From assembly GCA_033763455.1 (NCBI GenBank), contig JANRKO010000060.1:1-64000 (forward strand): a DNA stretch of 64,000 nucleotides, given 5' to 3'. Positions within the stretch are counted from its first letter, which is position 1. Each line of letters opens with the position of its first letter. A program made the translations under genes and the position numbers. Under the pieces are notes generated by a model. The model was not told the DNA's origin and did no database searches. It saw only the letters and a list, made by a program, of their open reading frames with translations. Below are positions 45,184-55,178 of the stretch, piece after piece. The stretch comes from Polyangiaceae bacterium (GTDB lineage Bacteria; Myxococcota_A; Polyangia; Polyangiales; Polyangiaceae).

Positions 45184-45789
45184 CGTGCCGTTTGGCACCC
45201 GCGCGTCAAGCCTTTCACCCAACACCCGGCTAAGAATGAGATGGTGAGGGTGTCATTCTACAAATTCGCCGGCAGAAGTAGAGCTTGTTTGGGCTGACCC
45301 TCCTGGACGAAGCACTCGGTATCACTTGCTGTCTACGGACGTTTTCTGAAGTTTCGCTAGCAAGGCTTTGGATGCACCCCCAGACGAGCCAAGATCGGCC
45401 CATTCGCGTGGCGCGCGAGGAGGGTAACTCTTGTGCGGAAAGTCAGATTAACGTCTTTCGTTCGGTAGTGGACCATATTTCGTAAGGAGCGACGGAAGCA
45501 AGACGCTGCCGAACGTCATCTACGTGGAACTCTACGGGCAGGATATGGACTCGAAGAGTCGCGTTGTGGAGCGCGTCTCAGGCTAGCAAGGTATCATTGA
45601 GCCCTCTCGTGCCACAGAAGCACCAAAACGAACCCGCATCCTTTGTGATAATGTTCGCCTACTCCGTTGCTGCGAACGCGGAGCGCACAGAAAAACGCTG
45701 GCGCCAGTGGCTGCGAAGCTCAAACGCCCTGATCCTGTAAAATGGCGATTCCAAGGTAGGGCGTGCTCTAGTAACCTTACAGGTTGCTT

Positions 45790-47367
45790 ATGTTACGGCG
45801 CGCGTTTCTGTTGCTTGTTTGTGCCCTCGGCGGCTCCGCTTGTACGAGCCTGCTCGGCAATGATTTCACCGTGGATGGGGCGGCTGATGCAACAGGGGGT
45901 GCAGGGAACGAAACAGGTGTTGGTGGAGCCCCTGCGGGTGGAATGCCCAGTGCAGCGGGCGGGGCGTCGGCTTCCGGCGGAGCGTCGGTACAAGTCGCCT
46001 GCGCTACGCCTTGTGGCAACGCGCATGGGAAGGCTGAATGCTCCACAGGTGCGTGTGTGCTCACGTGCGACCCGGGCTTTGGTGATTGCGATGGTGACAA
46101 GGGCAATGGATGTGAGACCGACGTCGATAAAGATCCGGTGCACTGCGGTTCGTGTACGAATGTTTGCGTCGCGAAAAATGCTGCCGCGGCCTGCGGTCGA
46201 GGCGAATGCACTCTGGGCGTGTGCCTAACGGGCTATGGTGATTGCGATAAGGATGTCGCTAATGGTTGTGAGTTGCAGCTCAATTCGGTGAATGATTGCG
46301 GTGGGTGTGGGGTGGCTTGCACGAATGGTCATGGCGCCACCGCTTGCACCAATAGTGCTTGCGCCCCAACTTGCGACACAGATTGGGGTGATTGCGATGG
46401 CGACAAGATAAATGGCTGCGAAACCTCGCTCGCCGCAAACCCGCTCCACTGCGGCGTCTGTGGGAAAGCCTGCCTGGCTGACGAACTCTGCCAGGCGGGA
46501 AGCTGCGTGAAAGCAGCCCTTTGCGGCGAAGTGTTCAAGAAAGATTGCGATGGCGGTGGGTTAGGCGACGATGCCAATGGCTGCGAAACCAATATTGCAG
46601 CAGATAGCTCGAATTGCGGCGCCTGCGGGATGGTCTGCACGGTGAAGCAGTTGTGCCTCGGAGCTTGTACCGCTTGCCCCGGGGGCACGTTGGACTGCAA
46701 CAAGGGGACCGATGGCTGCGAAGTGCTGGAGAATCCTCTTCAGTGTGGAGCGTGCGGGCAGGCCTGCGGTACAGATGGAACCTGTGGTTGCGGTTCCGGA
46801 ATTTGCAGCGGTGGCACCATCTACCTATCCGAGGATTTTTCGGACAACAGTCGTGGTTGGTCATTGGAGGGGGAGTGGGAAATTGGGGCGACCGCGGTCA
46901 GCCCACCTCTCTTGGAAGAGTGGGAGAATGGCAACCCTGACCCGGCCATGGATCACAGCCTATCTGCGGACAATGGCATTGCGGCGCTGGGGTTGGGCAA
47001 GAACTACGAATACATGCGCGTGCACGGGATGGAGTACCTTACGAGTCCCGTTATTGCTCTACCCAACGCCCCGGCTTCCATGAACCTGACTTTCTGGAGT
47101 TGGCTCAATGCCGACGGCAGGAAGTGGACCAACATGACCGTAGAGGTGAAGAACGGTGCCGGAGTTTGGGTCAAGAAATGGGGAAATACCGCGTACCAGG
47201 CCGATACCGCTTGGGATCGAATCCAGATCGATGTGGCCGCGGAGAGTAACCCTTCATTTCAGGTGCGCTTCGGATTCTCGGTTGAGATCGCGAATAATCT
47301 CTATCCCTGGCTCATGAGCGGTTGGAACATCGACGACGTGACTGTGTCGGAAACAACCTGCCTCTAG
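45790..47367 (+). CDS. Cys-rich repeat lipoprotein with C-terminal jelly-roll (MAM/immune-inhibitor-like) domain
   Basis: Lipobox GSAC, about 5 repeats of DCDGDxxNGCE...(H/N)CGxC, and C-terminal YLTSPVI...FQVRFGF...GWNIDDV. Confidence 0.8.
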   Translation: MLRRAFLLLVCALGGSACTSLLGNDFTVDGAADATGGAGNETGVGGAPAGGMPSAAGGASASGGASVQVACATPCGNAHGKAECSTGACVLTCDPGFGDCDGDKGNGCETDVDKDPVHCGSCTNVCVAKNAAAACGRGECTLGVCLTGYGDCDKDVANGCELQLNSVNDCGGCGVACTNGHGATACTNSACAPTCDTDWGDCDGDKINGCETSLAANPLHCGVCGKACLADELCQAGSCVKAALCGEVFKKDCDGGGLGDDANGCETNIAADSSNCGACGMVCTVKQLCLGACTACPGGTLDCNKGTDGCEVLENPLQCGACGQACGTDGTCGCGSGICSGGTIYLSEDFSDNSRGWSLEGEWEIGATAVSPPLLEEWENGNPDPAMDHSLSADNGIAALGLGKNYEYMRVHGMEYLTSPVIALPNAPASMNLTFWSWLNADGRKWTNMTVEVKNGAGVWVKKWGNTAYQADTAWDRIQIDVAAESNPSFQVRFGFSVEIANNLYPWLMSGWNIDDVTVSETTCL

Positions 47368-47380
47368 CCCCCCTTCACCC

Positions 47381-48799
47381 CTACTTCCGCCGACGTACGA
47401 TCCCTCGAGCTTCGAGCTCAGCGCGGTCTTCTGCCGATTCGACCCTGGGCTGTGGGTTTGAGACCTGTGGCCGTGCCTGAACAGGAGGTAAAGCTTCGCT
47501 GCGCTCACGGGGTGCGTTAAGCGCTGCTTGCGTTGGTTGAGCTGGCGTAGCGTTGGGTGCTGGGGCCGTAGCGGGAGCCTGCGCTGCCGCCGGCGCAGGC
47601 TTTGCCGAGGGTACGGGTGCCGGCAGATCGAACTTCTGCCGTAGCAGGGCGCCAAAAGTGCCGAGACCTTCAACCGCCGCGGGTGCCGCGGTTTGAGTGG
47701 CGGAGAATTCTCGATAGTTGTTGCTCTCCTGCACTCCGGCAACGGCGCGTGCGCTGTACGAGATGCGGCCTCCACCGTCGCGGCGCACCATGACGACGTC
47801 CATTTCGCGCCCTACGGCGTAGGAGCGTCGGTGGTCAGCGCCGGGCGCTAAATCTAGTTCGCGGAGCGGAACAAAGCCCTCACCACGCGCTGTTTCGACC
47901 AAAATGCCGCCAGCGATGGCTCGTACCACTTTGCCTTTGAGCACTTCGTGGGGATCTTCTTTGGCAGCAGGCCCTGCGGCAGTTTTGTCGTCTTTTAGGC
48001 TGACACGCACGTTGGGGCCGCGAGGTGTTTGTTCTACGGAAAGGATGCGCGCTGTGACCTTGTCGCCCACGGTGACGGCATCTTCGGCTCGTTCCAAACG
48101 ACGGCTGGAAAGCTCAGAGATGTGTGCGAAGGCGACCAAGGAACCCGAGAGTTCAATCAGAGCGCCGTGTTTGTTGGTACTGGCAACCACCCCGGCTACC
48201 TCGGAGCCTACGCTCAAAGATTCGAGCAGCGCGGACTGGTTCTTCTTCAGCTCGACTTCTAGCAAGCTACGACGGGATACAATGATGGAACGGCCGTTAT
48301 CGCGGTATTCGAGGATGAGAAATTCGAATTTTTGGCCAACGAATGGATCGAGATCCGTAATTCGGTTCACGTCGAGCTGAGAGGCGGGGCAGAAAGCGCG
48401 CGTGCCGGAAAGATCGACCTCCACGCCGCCTTTAACAACTTTTGAGACCTGCCCACTGATGGGGATTTTGGACTCAAACGCGAGTTTGAGTTGCGCTGAT
48501 TCCAAGTGCCCGCCGCGACCGAGCACGGTGGTGAGCAAAAGTGCATCGGGCTCGGCGTTGGTGATGGTGCCGGCAATTCGGTCGCCCAGCGAGACTTTGA
48601 GCTGCCCACTCTTGTCGAGGAGCTCCTCTTTCATGATTCGAGCCTCAACGGGCGTGCCGATGTCGACAAACACCGAATCCCCGCTGAAGTGAACCACGGT
48701 GCCTTCCACTGCAGCGCCCACCTTGAGGTGGCCGCGGTGTTTTGTTTGCTTTGCACCTGGTGCTTCGAACAGGGCCTTAAAATCGTCAAAACCGGACAT
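47381..48799 (-). CDS. S1 RNA-binding repeat protein (RpsA paralog)
   Basis: About 4 S1 repeats (VEGTVV..VFVDIG, KGGVEV..RAFCPASQ, AFAHISELS) and a Pro/Ala-rich tail. Start MSGFDDF at 48799. Confidence 0.85.
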   Translation of the reverse strand: MSGFDDFKALFEAPGAKQTKHRGHLKVGAAVEGTVVHFSGDSVFVDIGTPVEARIMKEELLDKSGQLKVSLGDRIAGTITNAEPDALLLTTVLGRGGHLESAQLKLAFESKIPISGQVSKVVKGGVEVDLSGTRAFCPASQLDVNRITDLDPFVGQKFEFLILEYRDNGRSIIVSRRSLLEVELKKNQSALLESLSVGSEVAGVVASTNKHGALIELSGSLVAFAHISELSSRRLERAEDAVTVGDKVTARILSVEQTPRGPNVRVSLKDDKTAAGPAAKEDPHEVLKGKVVRAIAGGILVETARGEGFVPLRELDLAPGADHRRSYAVGREMDVVMVRRDGGGRISYSARAVAGVQESNNYREFSATQTAAPAAVEGLGTFGALLRQKFDLPAPVPSAKPAPAAAQAPATAPAPNATPAQPTQAALNAPRERSEALPPVQARPQVSNPQPRVESAEDRAELEARGIVRRRK

Positions 48800-48956
48800 G
48801 GCGCCGAACCTAGTACGTTCGGCGGGCCGAGCGCGAGAGGGCGCAGGTGCGGCCCAAAACTGGGGCGCAAAGGACGCGGCTTTTTGGCTGAGGGTAAAGT
48901 CGAGCCCACCTGAGCCGTACGTGTGGGTGAGCCGTTCTTGGCTGGGAGAAAGAAGC

Positions 48957-50063
48957 ATGCTTTGGAAGCGCAAGAAGGCGACGGAGGAGAGTAGCCAGGT
49001 CTCGGGGGCGGCATCTGAGCAACCAGCGGGCGGTGCTTCAGAGAAGGCGCTCGATGCGGTGTCCCGGTTGTTGCGGGATTACGGGCGCTTTGCCTTCGAC
49101 CTCAGTTCGATGTCGAGCTCGGACATTCGCAAGGAGTGTGAGGCATGGGCGTCTAAGATCGTGATTGGTGCCGCGCACACGGAGGATGAAGAGCCGGCTC
49201 CTGCCCATCTAAAGCGTGACTGGCCAGGCTTATTTCAGTTTTTTGCTAACGTGCGCAAAGAAGAGGCATCGTATGTATTGCAGAGCCTGGAAGATCTTAG
49301 AGATGCGGTGCGGACCTTCGCGCGCCACGTGAGCTCTGCCATCGACCACGACCGCTCAGACGACAAGCACGTTCGAGAACACCTGCGTGAGCTCTCGACA
49401 GCGATTGATACGAACGACACCGCCAAGATTCGGCTCGCTGCCGAAGGGGTGATAAAGATTGTTAGTGATTCACTCGACGCCCGCAACCAGCGCCAAGCCG
49501 ACCAAGTGCGCGAGCTTGGCCAGAAGCTCCGCGAACTGCACACTGAACTCGACCAAGCGCAGAAGCGCGCCGAAATTGACCCTCTCACGCAACTTCTGAA
49601 CCGCGCCGTTTTTGACTCGCGAATTGCAAGGCTAGCGGAGCTGGGTTCACTTTTTGAACGGCCTCCGAGCTTGCTCTTGGTGGATGCTGACCACTTCAAG
49701 GGGATCAACGATACCTTTGGACACCCAGCAGGTGATGAAACGCTAAGGAAGTTGGCCGACACGCTCGTCCGCACGTTTGTGCGAAAGCAAGATCTGGTGT
49801 GCAGGTATGGGGGCGAAGAGTTTGGGATTGTGTTGGTTGAGACGGACCAAAAAAGTGGCGAAATGCTGGGGCAACGACTGCTCGAAGCCGTGCGTAAAGC
49901 GGAAATTGTTCACGCAGGAAAGCCCATCAGCGTTACGGTCTCCGTGGGGCTCGCTGTGCTCCAGCCCGGAGAATCGGCCGCCAGTTGGCTCGACCGCGCC
50001 GACAAAGCGCTCTATGCGGCGAAGCAAGCCGGGCGGGATAGGCTTGAAGTTGCGGCCGGATGA
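48957..50063 (+). CDS. Diguanylate cyclase (GGDEF) with helical N-domain
   Basis: DPLTQLLNR, DADHFKGINDTFGH, intact RxxD I-site (RKQD) and GGEEF. Confidence 0.95.
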   Translation: MLWKRKKATEESSQVSGAASEQPAGGASEKALDAVSRLLRDYGRFAFDLSSMSSSDIRKECEAWASKIVIGAAHTEDEEPAPAHLKRDWPGLFQFFANVRKEEASYVLQSLEDLRDAVRTFARHVSSAIDHDRSDDKHVREHLRELSTAIDTNDTAKIRLAAEGVIKIVSDSLDARNQRQADQVRELGQKLRELHTELDQAQKRAEIDPLTQLLNRAVFDSRIARLAELGSLFERPPSLLLVDADHFKGINDTFGHPAGDETLRKLADTLVRTFVRKQDLVCRYGGEEFGIVLVETDQKSGEMLGQRLLEAVRKAEIVHAGKPISVTVSVGLAVLQPGESAASWLDRADKALYAAKQAGRDRLEVAAG

Positions 50064-50219
50064 ATAACGTATCTACCTCGAACGTCTAGCTCGATCACAT
50101 TTCGAAACTTCTCGTTGATGGTGTGTGGCGTTGGTGTGTCCATTGCAGTGGGGGGCACGGAGATGCGGCCGTACGGTCGGCTAGCCTCAAATTTTGGCAG
50201 TTCTCTCCAGGGAGCCACG

Positions 50220-50249
50220 TTGACACCCCCTTTGTTCGATACCTAGTGT
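50220..50249 (+). promoter_or_regulatory. Putative sigma70 promoter for the DUF3015-DUF4105 operon
   Basis: TTGACA-N18-TAGTGT, ending 46 bp upstream of the ATG at 50296. Confidence 0.35.
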
Positions 50250-50295
50250 GAGGCTCTCCGGCTCCGCGTAGGGGCCACAACAGAAGGGCTGAAGG

Positions 50296-50775
50296 ATGAA
50301 ATTAACACACGTTGCGTTAGCAGGTCTGTTTGCGTTGTCGGTTTCGATCCCGGCGACAGCTGAGGAAAAATACGGAACGGCAGGGTGCGGCTTGGGTTCC
50401 ATTGTTATCGGGAATGATCCGGGCATTGTGCAAATATTTGCCGTTACCACGAATGCTACCGGAATCCAGACGTTCGGCATTACGTCTGGAACCAGCAACT
50501 GTGACGACACGGCTGGCGGCCAGACCAGCGCGAAAGCTTTCGTGGAAACGAACCGTGTGGCACTCTCGAAAGATATGGCTCGTGGCCGCGGTGAAACGAT
50601 TGCAAGCTTGAGCCAGCTTGCCGGGTGCGCGGATGCAGCAGCTGTGGGCCGAAGCTTGCAGAAGAACTTCAAGCGTGTGTTCCCCAAGGCAGGTGTTCGG
50701 AGCTCCCAGGTAGGGGATTCGGTGATTACCATTCTCCGCACGGATAAGGCGCTTGCCTGTTCGGCTGTTGGCTGA
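50296..50775 (+). CDS. DUF3015 secreted protein
   Basis: [10 protein letters not shown]...[18 protein letters not shown]...DMARGRGE. Confidence 0.9.
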   Translation: MKLTHVALAGLFALSVSIPATAEEKYGTAGCGLGSIVIGNDPGIVQIFAVTTNATGIQTFGITSGTSNCDDTAGGQTSAKAFVETNRVALSKDMARGRGETIASLSQLAGCADAAAVGRSLQKNFKRVFPKAGVRSSQVGDSVITILRTDKALACSAVG

Positions 50776-50777
50776 AG

Positions 50778-52799
50778 GTGAACAATGCCCACGGCCCATG
50801 CCACGGTAGTGGGCAGCGAGGGGGGGCACCGCTCCGGGGCTTGGTGGTAATTGGCGTTGTTATTGCGTCAATAATCTGCCCGTACTCCGTACAGGCTAAG
50901 CCTTCGGGAGCGTACATTTCGGCGCTTGTCGCCGAGGCTCGTCGGCGACGGCTCGCATTCGAGGTCGAGTGGTTGCGCTTGGGCCACTATCGGAGCGGTA
51001 CCTTCGGGGGCTACGAGAGTGAGGCGGACGGCGTGGGCTTCTTCTTGGCTCCGAACGGAAAAGAGGATCCGGAAGCTGAGCTTGAGGCAACCTTGCGTGG
51101 GTTTGTTCAAGGCGACGCTCCCACACCCGATGAGAGAGCAACAGGTTCAGCAGCTTCAGCCACTGGCCCTTCGTTGGAGCACCCTTTCTGCCGATTCCCT
51201 GCGAGGCGCCTTTGGCTCACTCGGGAATTACAGATCGATTGGCGCAGGCTAACGTCGCGTGGTTGTCCGAAGTTTGATGCGTTTTTGCGCGAAACAAGGC
51301 CTGCTTCCGTCACTCTCGTGTTCTCTTCGTACTATCTGAATAACCCAGCGTCCGCGTTTGGGCATACGTTTCTGCGCATTAAGAAGAGCAATAGCCTGGG
51401 GCTCGAACACCAAGATCTTCTGGACTACGGCGTGGACTACTCCGCCAACGTCGACACTAAAAACCCCTTACTCTATGCGTTCAAAGGCATTACCGGGATG
51501 TTCCCCGGAACCTTTCGGCGCCTGCCTTTTTACTACAAAGTCCGTGAATACAACGACTACGAATCGCGCGATATCTGGGAATATGAGCTCAACTTAAAGC
51601 CCATAGAGCTCGCGCTAATGGTGGCTCACATCTGGGAAGTAGGCTCCACTTACTTTGACTACTACTACATGGGTGAGAATTGCTCTTACCACGTGCTCAG
51701 CGTGCTTGAGGTAGCCAACCCCGAGGTACAGCTGCTCACGCATTTGGGCTGGCCTGTTTTGCCGGCGGATACGGTAAAGGCACTCTACAAAAACCCTGGA
51801 TTGGTCCGGAGGGTCAGCTATCGGCCTTCCAATCGCACAGCATTCGAGCACCGCGTACGGAGGCTTTCGTCGACCGAGCGCGAGCTTGTGTTAACCCTCG
51901 CGAGCGATCCACACGCCGAATTTCCGCCTGGGCTTTCAGAACAGGAGAAGGCACGCGCCCTTGATGGAGCGCTGGATTTGATAGACTACCGCCATGTCCG
52001 GGAGCTACTGAAGGATGAAGAAGGGGGCTCTTTGGAGAGCCTCACTCAGCAAGCCTTGCTCGAACGGCGTGCAGAGCTTTTGGTAACGAGCGAAGATGCC
52101 TCGGTCGAGCCTCCGTACCGAGAGATGCCGCACACGGGGCATGATACGGCTCGCCTTGGCTTGGGGTCAGGGTGGTCCGAATCCGATGGAGCCGTTCACA
52201 GCTTGAATTTGCGCTTGGCCCTGCACGATTTGGCGGATCCGGTGCGCGGCTACCCGGAAACGGCACAGATAGAATTTTTGCCGATGGAGCTCTGGTATCG
52301 CGCTGAGCACCCTCAGCTGAAGCTTGAGGAGCTAACGTTGGTTCGCATTTTCTCGCTCAATCCAATTTCTGCGTTCGAGCACCGTTGGTCGTGGACCGTG
52401 CGAACGGGCCTCGGGCGCATACGCGACAAAGGGTGCATGGATTGCCTTGTGGGCGGCGGAGAATTGGGAGCCGGCTACACCTTTTCGCTTTGGGATAAGG
52501 CACTGATGTTCTGGTTGATGCCCCACGCCGAGCTAGATGTGCCTCTAAAGTCTGGTCTCGCGGATACCCTTCGTGTGGGGCTTGGAGGCGTGGGTGGCGT
52601 GCGCCTGCGGCTTCACGACAATTTGATTGGGTTAGCTTCGGCGAAGTGGCACGCGCTCCCGGGGCAGGAGCCAGCCACTGTTTGGGAGGGCTCAGGTACT
52701 CTGCGCTTTCAATACGCGAAAGACTTTGCCTTCGAAGCGGCAGGTAAGCTGGGCCCCGACGATGCTTCGCTTCTGGGGCGTTCGTTGATCTACTTTTAG
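50778..52799 (+). CDS. DUF4105 (Lnb-like) protein with C-terminal OM beta-barrel
   Basis: WLRLGHY, CRFPAR, PASAFGHTFLRI, ESRDIWEYELNL, YYYMGENCSY, then beta-strands ending in IYF. Confidence 0.85.
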   Translation: MNNAHGPCHGSGQRGGAPLRGLVVIGVVIASIICPYSVQAKPSGAYISALVAEARRRRLAFEVEWLRLGHYRSGTFGGYESEADGVGFFLAPNGKEDPEAELEATLRGFVQGDAPTPDERATGSAASATGPSLEHPFCRFPARRLWLTRELQIDWRRLTSRGCPKFDAFLRETRPASVTLVFSSYYLNNPASAFGHTFLRIKKSNSLGLEHQDLLDYGVDYSANVDTKNPLLYAFKGITGMFPGTFRRLPFYYKVREYNDYESRDIWEYELNLKPIELALMVAHIWEVGSTYFDYYYMGENCSYHVLSVLEVANPEVQLLTHLGWPVLPADTVKALYKNPGLVRRVSYRPSNRTAFEHRVRRLSSTERELVLTLASDPHAEFPPGLSEQEKARALDGALDLIDYRHVRELLKDEEGGSLESLTQQALLERRAELLVTSEDASVEPPYREMPHTGHDTARLGLGSGWSESDGAVHSLNLRLALHDLADPVRGYPETAQIEFLPMELWYRAEHPQLKLEELTLVRIFSLNPISAFEHRWSWTVRTGLGRIRDKGCMDCLVGGGELGAGYTFSLWDKALMFWLMPHAELDVPLKSGLADTLRVGLGGVGGVRLRLHDNLIGLASAKWHALPGQEPATVWEGSGTLRFQYAKDFAFEAAGKLGPDDASLLGRSLIYF

Positions 52800-52802
52800 C
52801 CG

Positions 52803-52842
52803 CACAAGCTTACCCAGCGCGAAAGGCGAGCGTTAGCTTGTG
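52803..52842. terminator. Hairpin between convergent genes, possible terminator
   Basis: CACAAGCT...AGCTTGTG arms with no clear U-tract. Confidence 0.3.
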
Positions 52843-52850
52843 TGCACGAT

Positions 52851-54338
52851 TCAGTTGGGGCGCCAGCGGAGTTGGGGCTTGCGAGCGGCTTGGGCCTCGT
52901 CGAGGCGACCGAGGCGCGTGAGGTGCGGCGCGGATTTCACCGTTTCCGGATCCTTTAGGCACTCCTCTTTGATGGCTAACATGGCATCCACGAAGGCATC
53001 GAGCGTTTGCTTGGTTTCGGTTTCCGTGGGCTCCACCATCAGCGCTCCCCGCACCACGAGTGGGAAATAAACGGTGGGCGGATGGATCCCGAAGTCGATG
53101 AGGCGTTTGGCCACATCGAGCGTTTTGACGCCGGTTGTGGCTTCCAAATCGCGATCGGTGAACACCACTTCGTGGAGAGAAGGCGTTGGAAAGGCGATCG
53201 CAAAATCATCCTTGAGCCGTGCGGCGATGTAGTTGGCATTGAGCACGGCAAGCTCGCTCACACGCTTAAGGCCTTCTGGGCCGAGCTCACGAATGTAGGT
53301 ATACGCTCGCACCATCATGCCAAAGTTGCCCAGGAACGAACGCACGCGGCCGATGCTGTGGGGGCGATTGTTGTCCACCAGAAAAGAATCACCTTCGCGC
53401 CGCACGACGGGGCTCGGCTGATAGGCATCTAGCAACTTCTTGAACGCTACCGGGCCCGAACCAGGGCCACCGCCACCGTGAGGGGTGGTGAACGTTTTAT
53501 GCAGATTGAACTGCATGACATCGACGCCCACGTCGCCTGGGCGGGCGCGGCCGAGCACCGCGTTCATGTTGGCTCCGTCCCCATAGACCAGCCCGCCACG
53601 TGCGTGCACAGCTTCCGCGAGCCTGGATATGGCGCCTTCGAACAGACCGAGCGTGTTCGGGTTAGTGAGCATCAAGCCAGCGACATCATCGGGAGCCTGT
53701 TCAAGCGCTCGAAGCAGCGTTTCCGGCTCTACAATGCCGGCGCTGCCTGCTGGGAATGCCACCGCTTCAAAACCGTTGAGCGCGCAGCTCGCGGGGTTGG
53801 TGCCATGAGCGCTATCGGGCACGAAGATCTTACGCGGCGACCGCCCCTTTGAGCGGTGATGCGCTTGGATCATCATCAGCCCGGTGAGCTCACCTTGGGC
53901 GCCGGCTGCCGGCTGAAGATTCACGGCATCCATCCCGACAATTTCTGCCAGTAGCTCCGCTAAGCGCACCATGAGTTCAAGGGCACCTTGCGCCAAATGA
54001 GGCGGCGTGAGCGGATGTAGATCGGCAAAGCCCGGCAGGCGCGCCGCCCATTCGTTCACTTTCGGGTTGTGCTTCATGGTGCACGACCCAAGGGGGTAGA
54101 ATTGAGTATCGATGCTGAAGTTCCAGCGGCTCAGGCGCACGAAGTGACGAAACGCTTCAGGCTCGCTCACCTCAGGCAACCCAGCGGGGACAGCTCGCTT
54201 CAGTTTACCGAAGACGGCAGCGGAACTTACCTCTGGAACGTCCAGCGCTCCGACTGATTTCCCGCTGCGCCCGGGGGATCCCCGGTCAAAAATGGGGGGT
54301 TCGTCGAACTCCAAACCGCGACTTATTTCACCTGGCAC
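52851..54338 (-). CDS. gcvPB: Glycine dehydrogenase (decarboxylating) subunit 2
   Basis: YPLGSCTMKHNP, QPAAGAQGE, SAHGTNPAS, NLHKTFTTPHGGGGPG (PLP Lys), EPTETE. Confidence 0.95.
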   Translation of the reverse strand: MPGEISRGLEFDEPPIFDRGSPGRSGKSVGALDVPEVSSAAVFGKLKRAVPAGLPEVSEPEAFRHFVRLSRWNFSIDTQFYPLGSCTMKHNPKVNEWAARLPGFADLHPLTPPHLAQGALELMVRLAELLAEIVGMDAVNLQPAAGAQGELTGLMMIQAHHRSKGRSPRKIFVPDSAHGTNPASCALNGFEAVAFPAGSAGIVEPETLLRALEQAPDDVAGLMLTNPNTLGLFEGAISRLAEAVHARGGLVYGDGANMNAVLGRARPGDVGVDVMQFNLHKTFTTPHGGGGPGSGPVAFKKLLDAYQPSPVVRREGDSFLVDNNRPHSIGRVRSFLGNFGMMVRAYTYIRELGPEGLKRVSELAVLNANYIAARLKDDFAIAFPTPSLHEVVFTDRDLEATTGVKTLDVAKRLIDFGIHPPTVYFPLVVRGALMVEPTETETKQTLDAFVDAMLAIKEECLKDPETVKSAPHLTRLGRLDEAQAARKPQLRWRPN

Positions 54339-54412
54339 TTTGCATGGATCCTATCGATTTAAAGACGGTTTCTAGCGCACGCTCGGTTAGCGCGCTCGTG
54401 GAATCAAAGGAG

Positions 54413-55021
54413 TTACTCGGAGTCCGTAGTGGAGTCACCCGAATCTTCCGATTTCTCGTCGTCTCCCTCGCCGCCACCCGGGGTGCCACTCCCGTCGTCC
54501 CAACCGCCAGCACTGGTGCGGCTCTCAATTTCATCGGGGCGCACTTCCTTGAGATTCGGCACTAAATTGCGTTGTTTGACCGCATCCCAGGTGCTGCCTG
54601 CTTCATCTTCGTCCAGGCCCCATTGGCCGCGGAGCTCGTGGGCTTCGCCCTTCTTGATCTCGAGGTACTGAAAGTACCCTTTGCCTTTGCGAGTGGCTGA
54701 GGGACCAATCATGCCGATGGTGTGTTCGGTCCACTCGTAGCGGAGCAGGTTCCCTTCGATCCTGCCGTGGAGCTCGCCCCACTTATCGCCTGCGGTGGTG
54801 CGCCAAGCGCCGCTGGCATTATCACCCTCGGCGATGAGATGCAGGTTGCCGTAGGTCGTTGAGTAGTAGACGCCCGTCCAATCTCCACCTTCAGGCATAG
54901 GCCCGGGCGCTACCGTTGCGGTCTTGGGGCCCGATTGGCCAGCACAGGCGGCTGGAAGGATCGCAAGGGCGGAAAGGAGTAGAACGGAAAGTAGACGCGT
55001 GATGAGGGTGCTGGGCGACAT
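54413..55021 (-). CDS. Hypothetical lipoprotein (beta-rich, acidic tail)
   Basis: Lipobox PAAC and WTGVYYSTTYG...GQWG. Confidence 0.7.
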   Translation of the reverse strand: MSPSTLITRLLSVLLLSALAILPAACAGQSGPKTATVAPGPMPEGGDWTGVYYSTTYGNLHLIAEGDNASGAWRTTAGDKWGELHGRIEGNLLRYEWTEHTIGMIGPSATRKGKGYFQYLEIKKGEAHELRGQWGLDEDEAGSTWDAVKQRNLVPNLKEVRPDEIESRTSAGGWDDGSGTPGGGEGDDEKSEDSGDSTTDSE

Positions 55022-55178
55022 GGCGCGGACCATAACACGGCTCTTGGCAGGAGATAGCCCAACGTTTTGCAGCCGCTGGCTTTTGCGGCGGGCCGGCCCA
55101 GAGGGATGCTAGAAGCCGCGAAACCAGTGAGCGCGCGGGTGCGGCCCCTGGAAAAATTCACCCAATGTGGGGCTGAGG

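Noticed and set aside
50012..50218. Small minus-strand ORF between the GGDEF and DUF3015 genes
   Set aside because: It overlaps the GGDEF 3' end and has no recognisable motif or RBS; cannot be supported.
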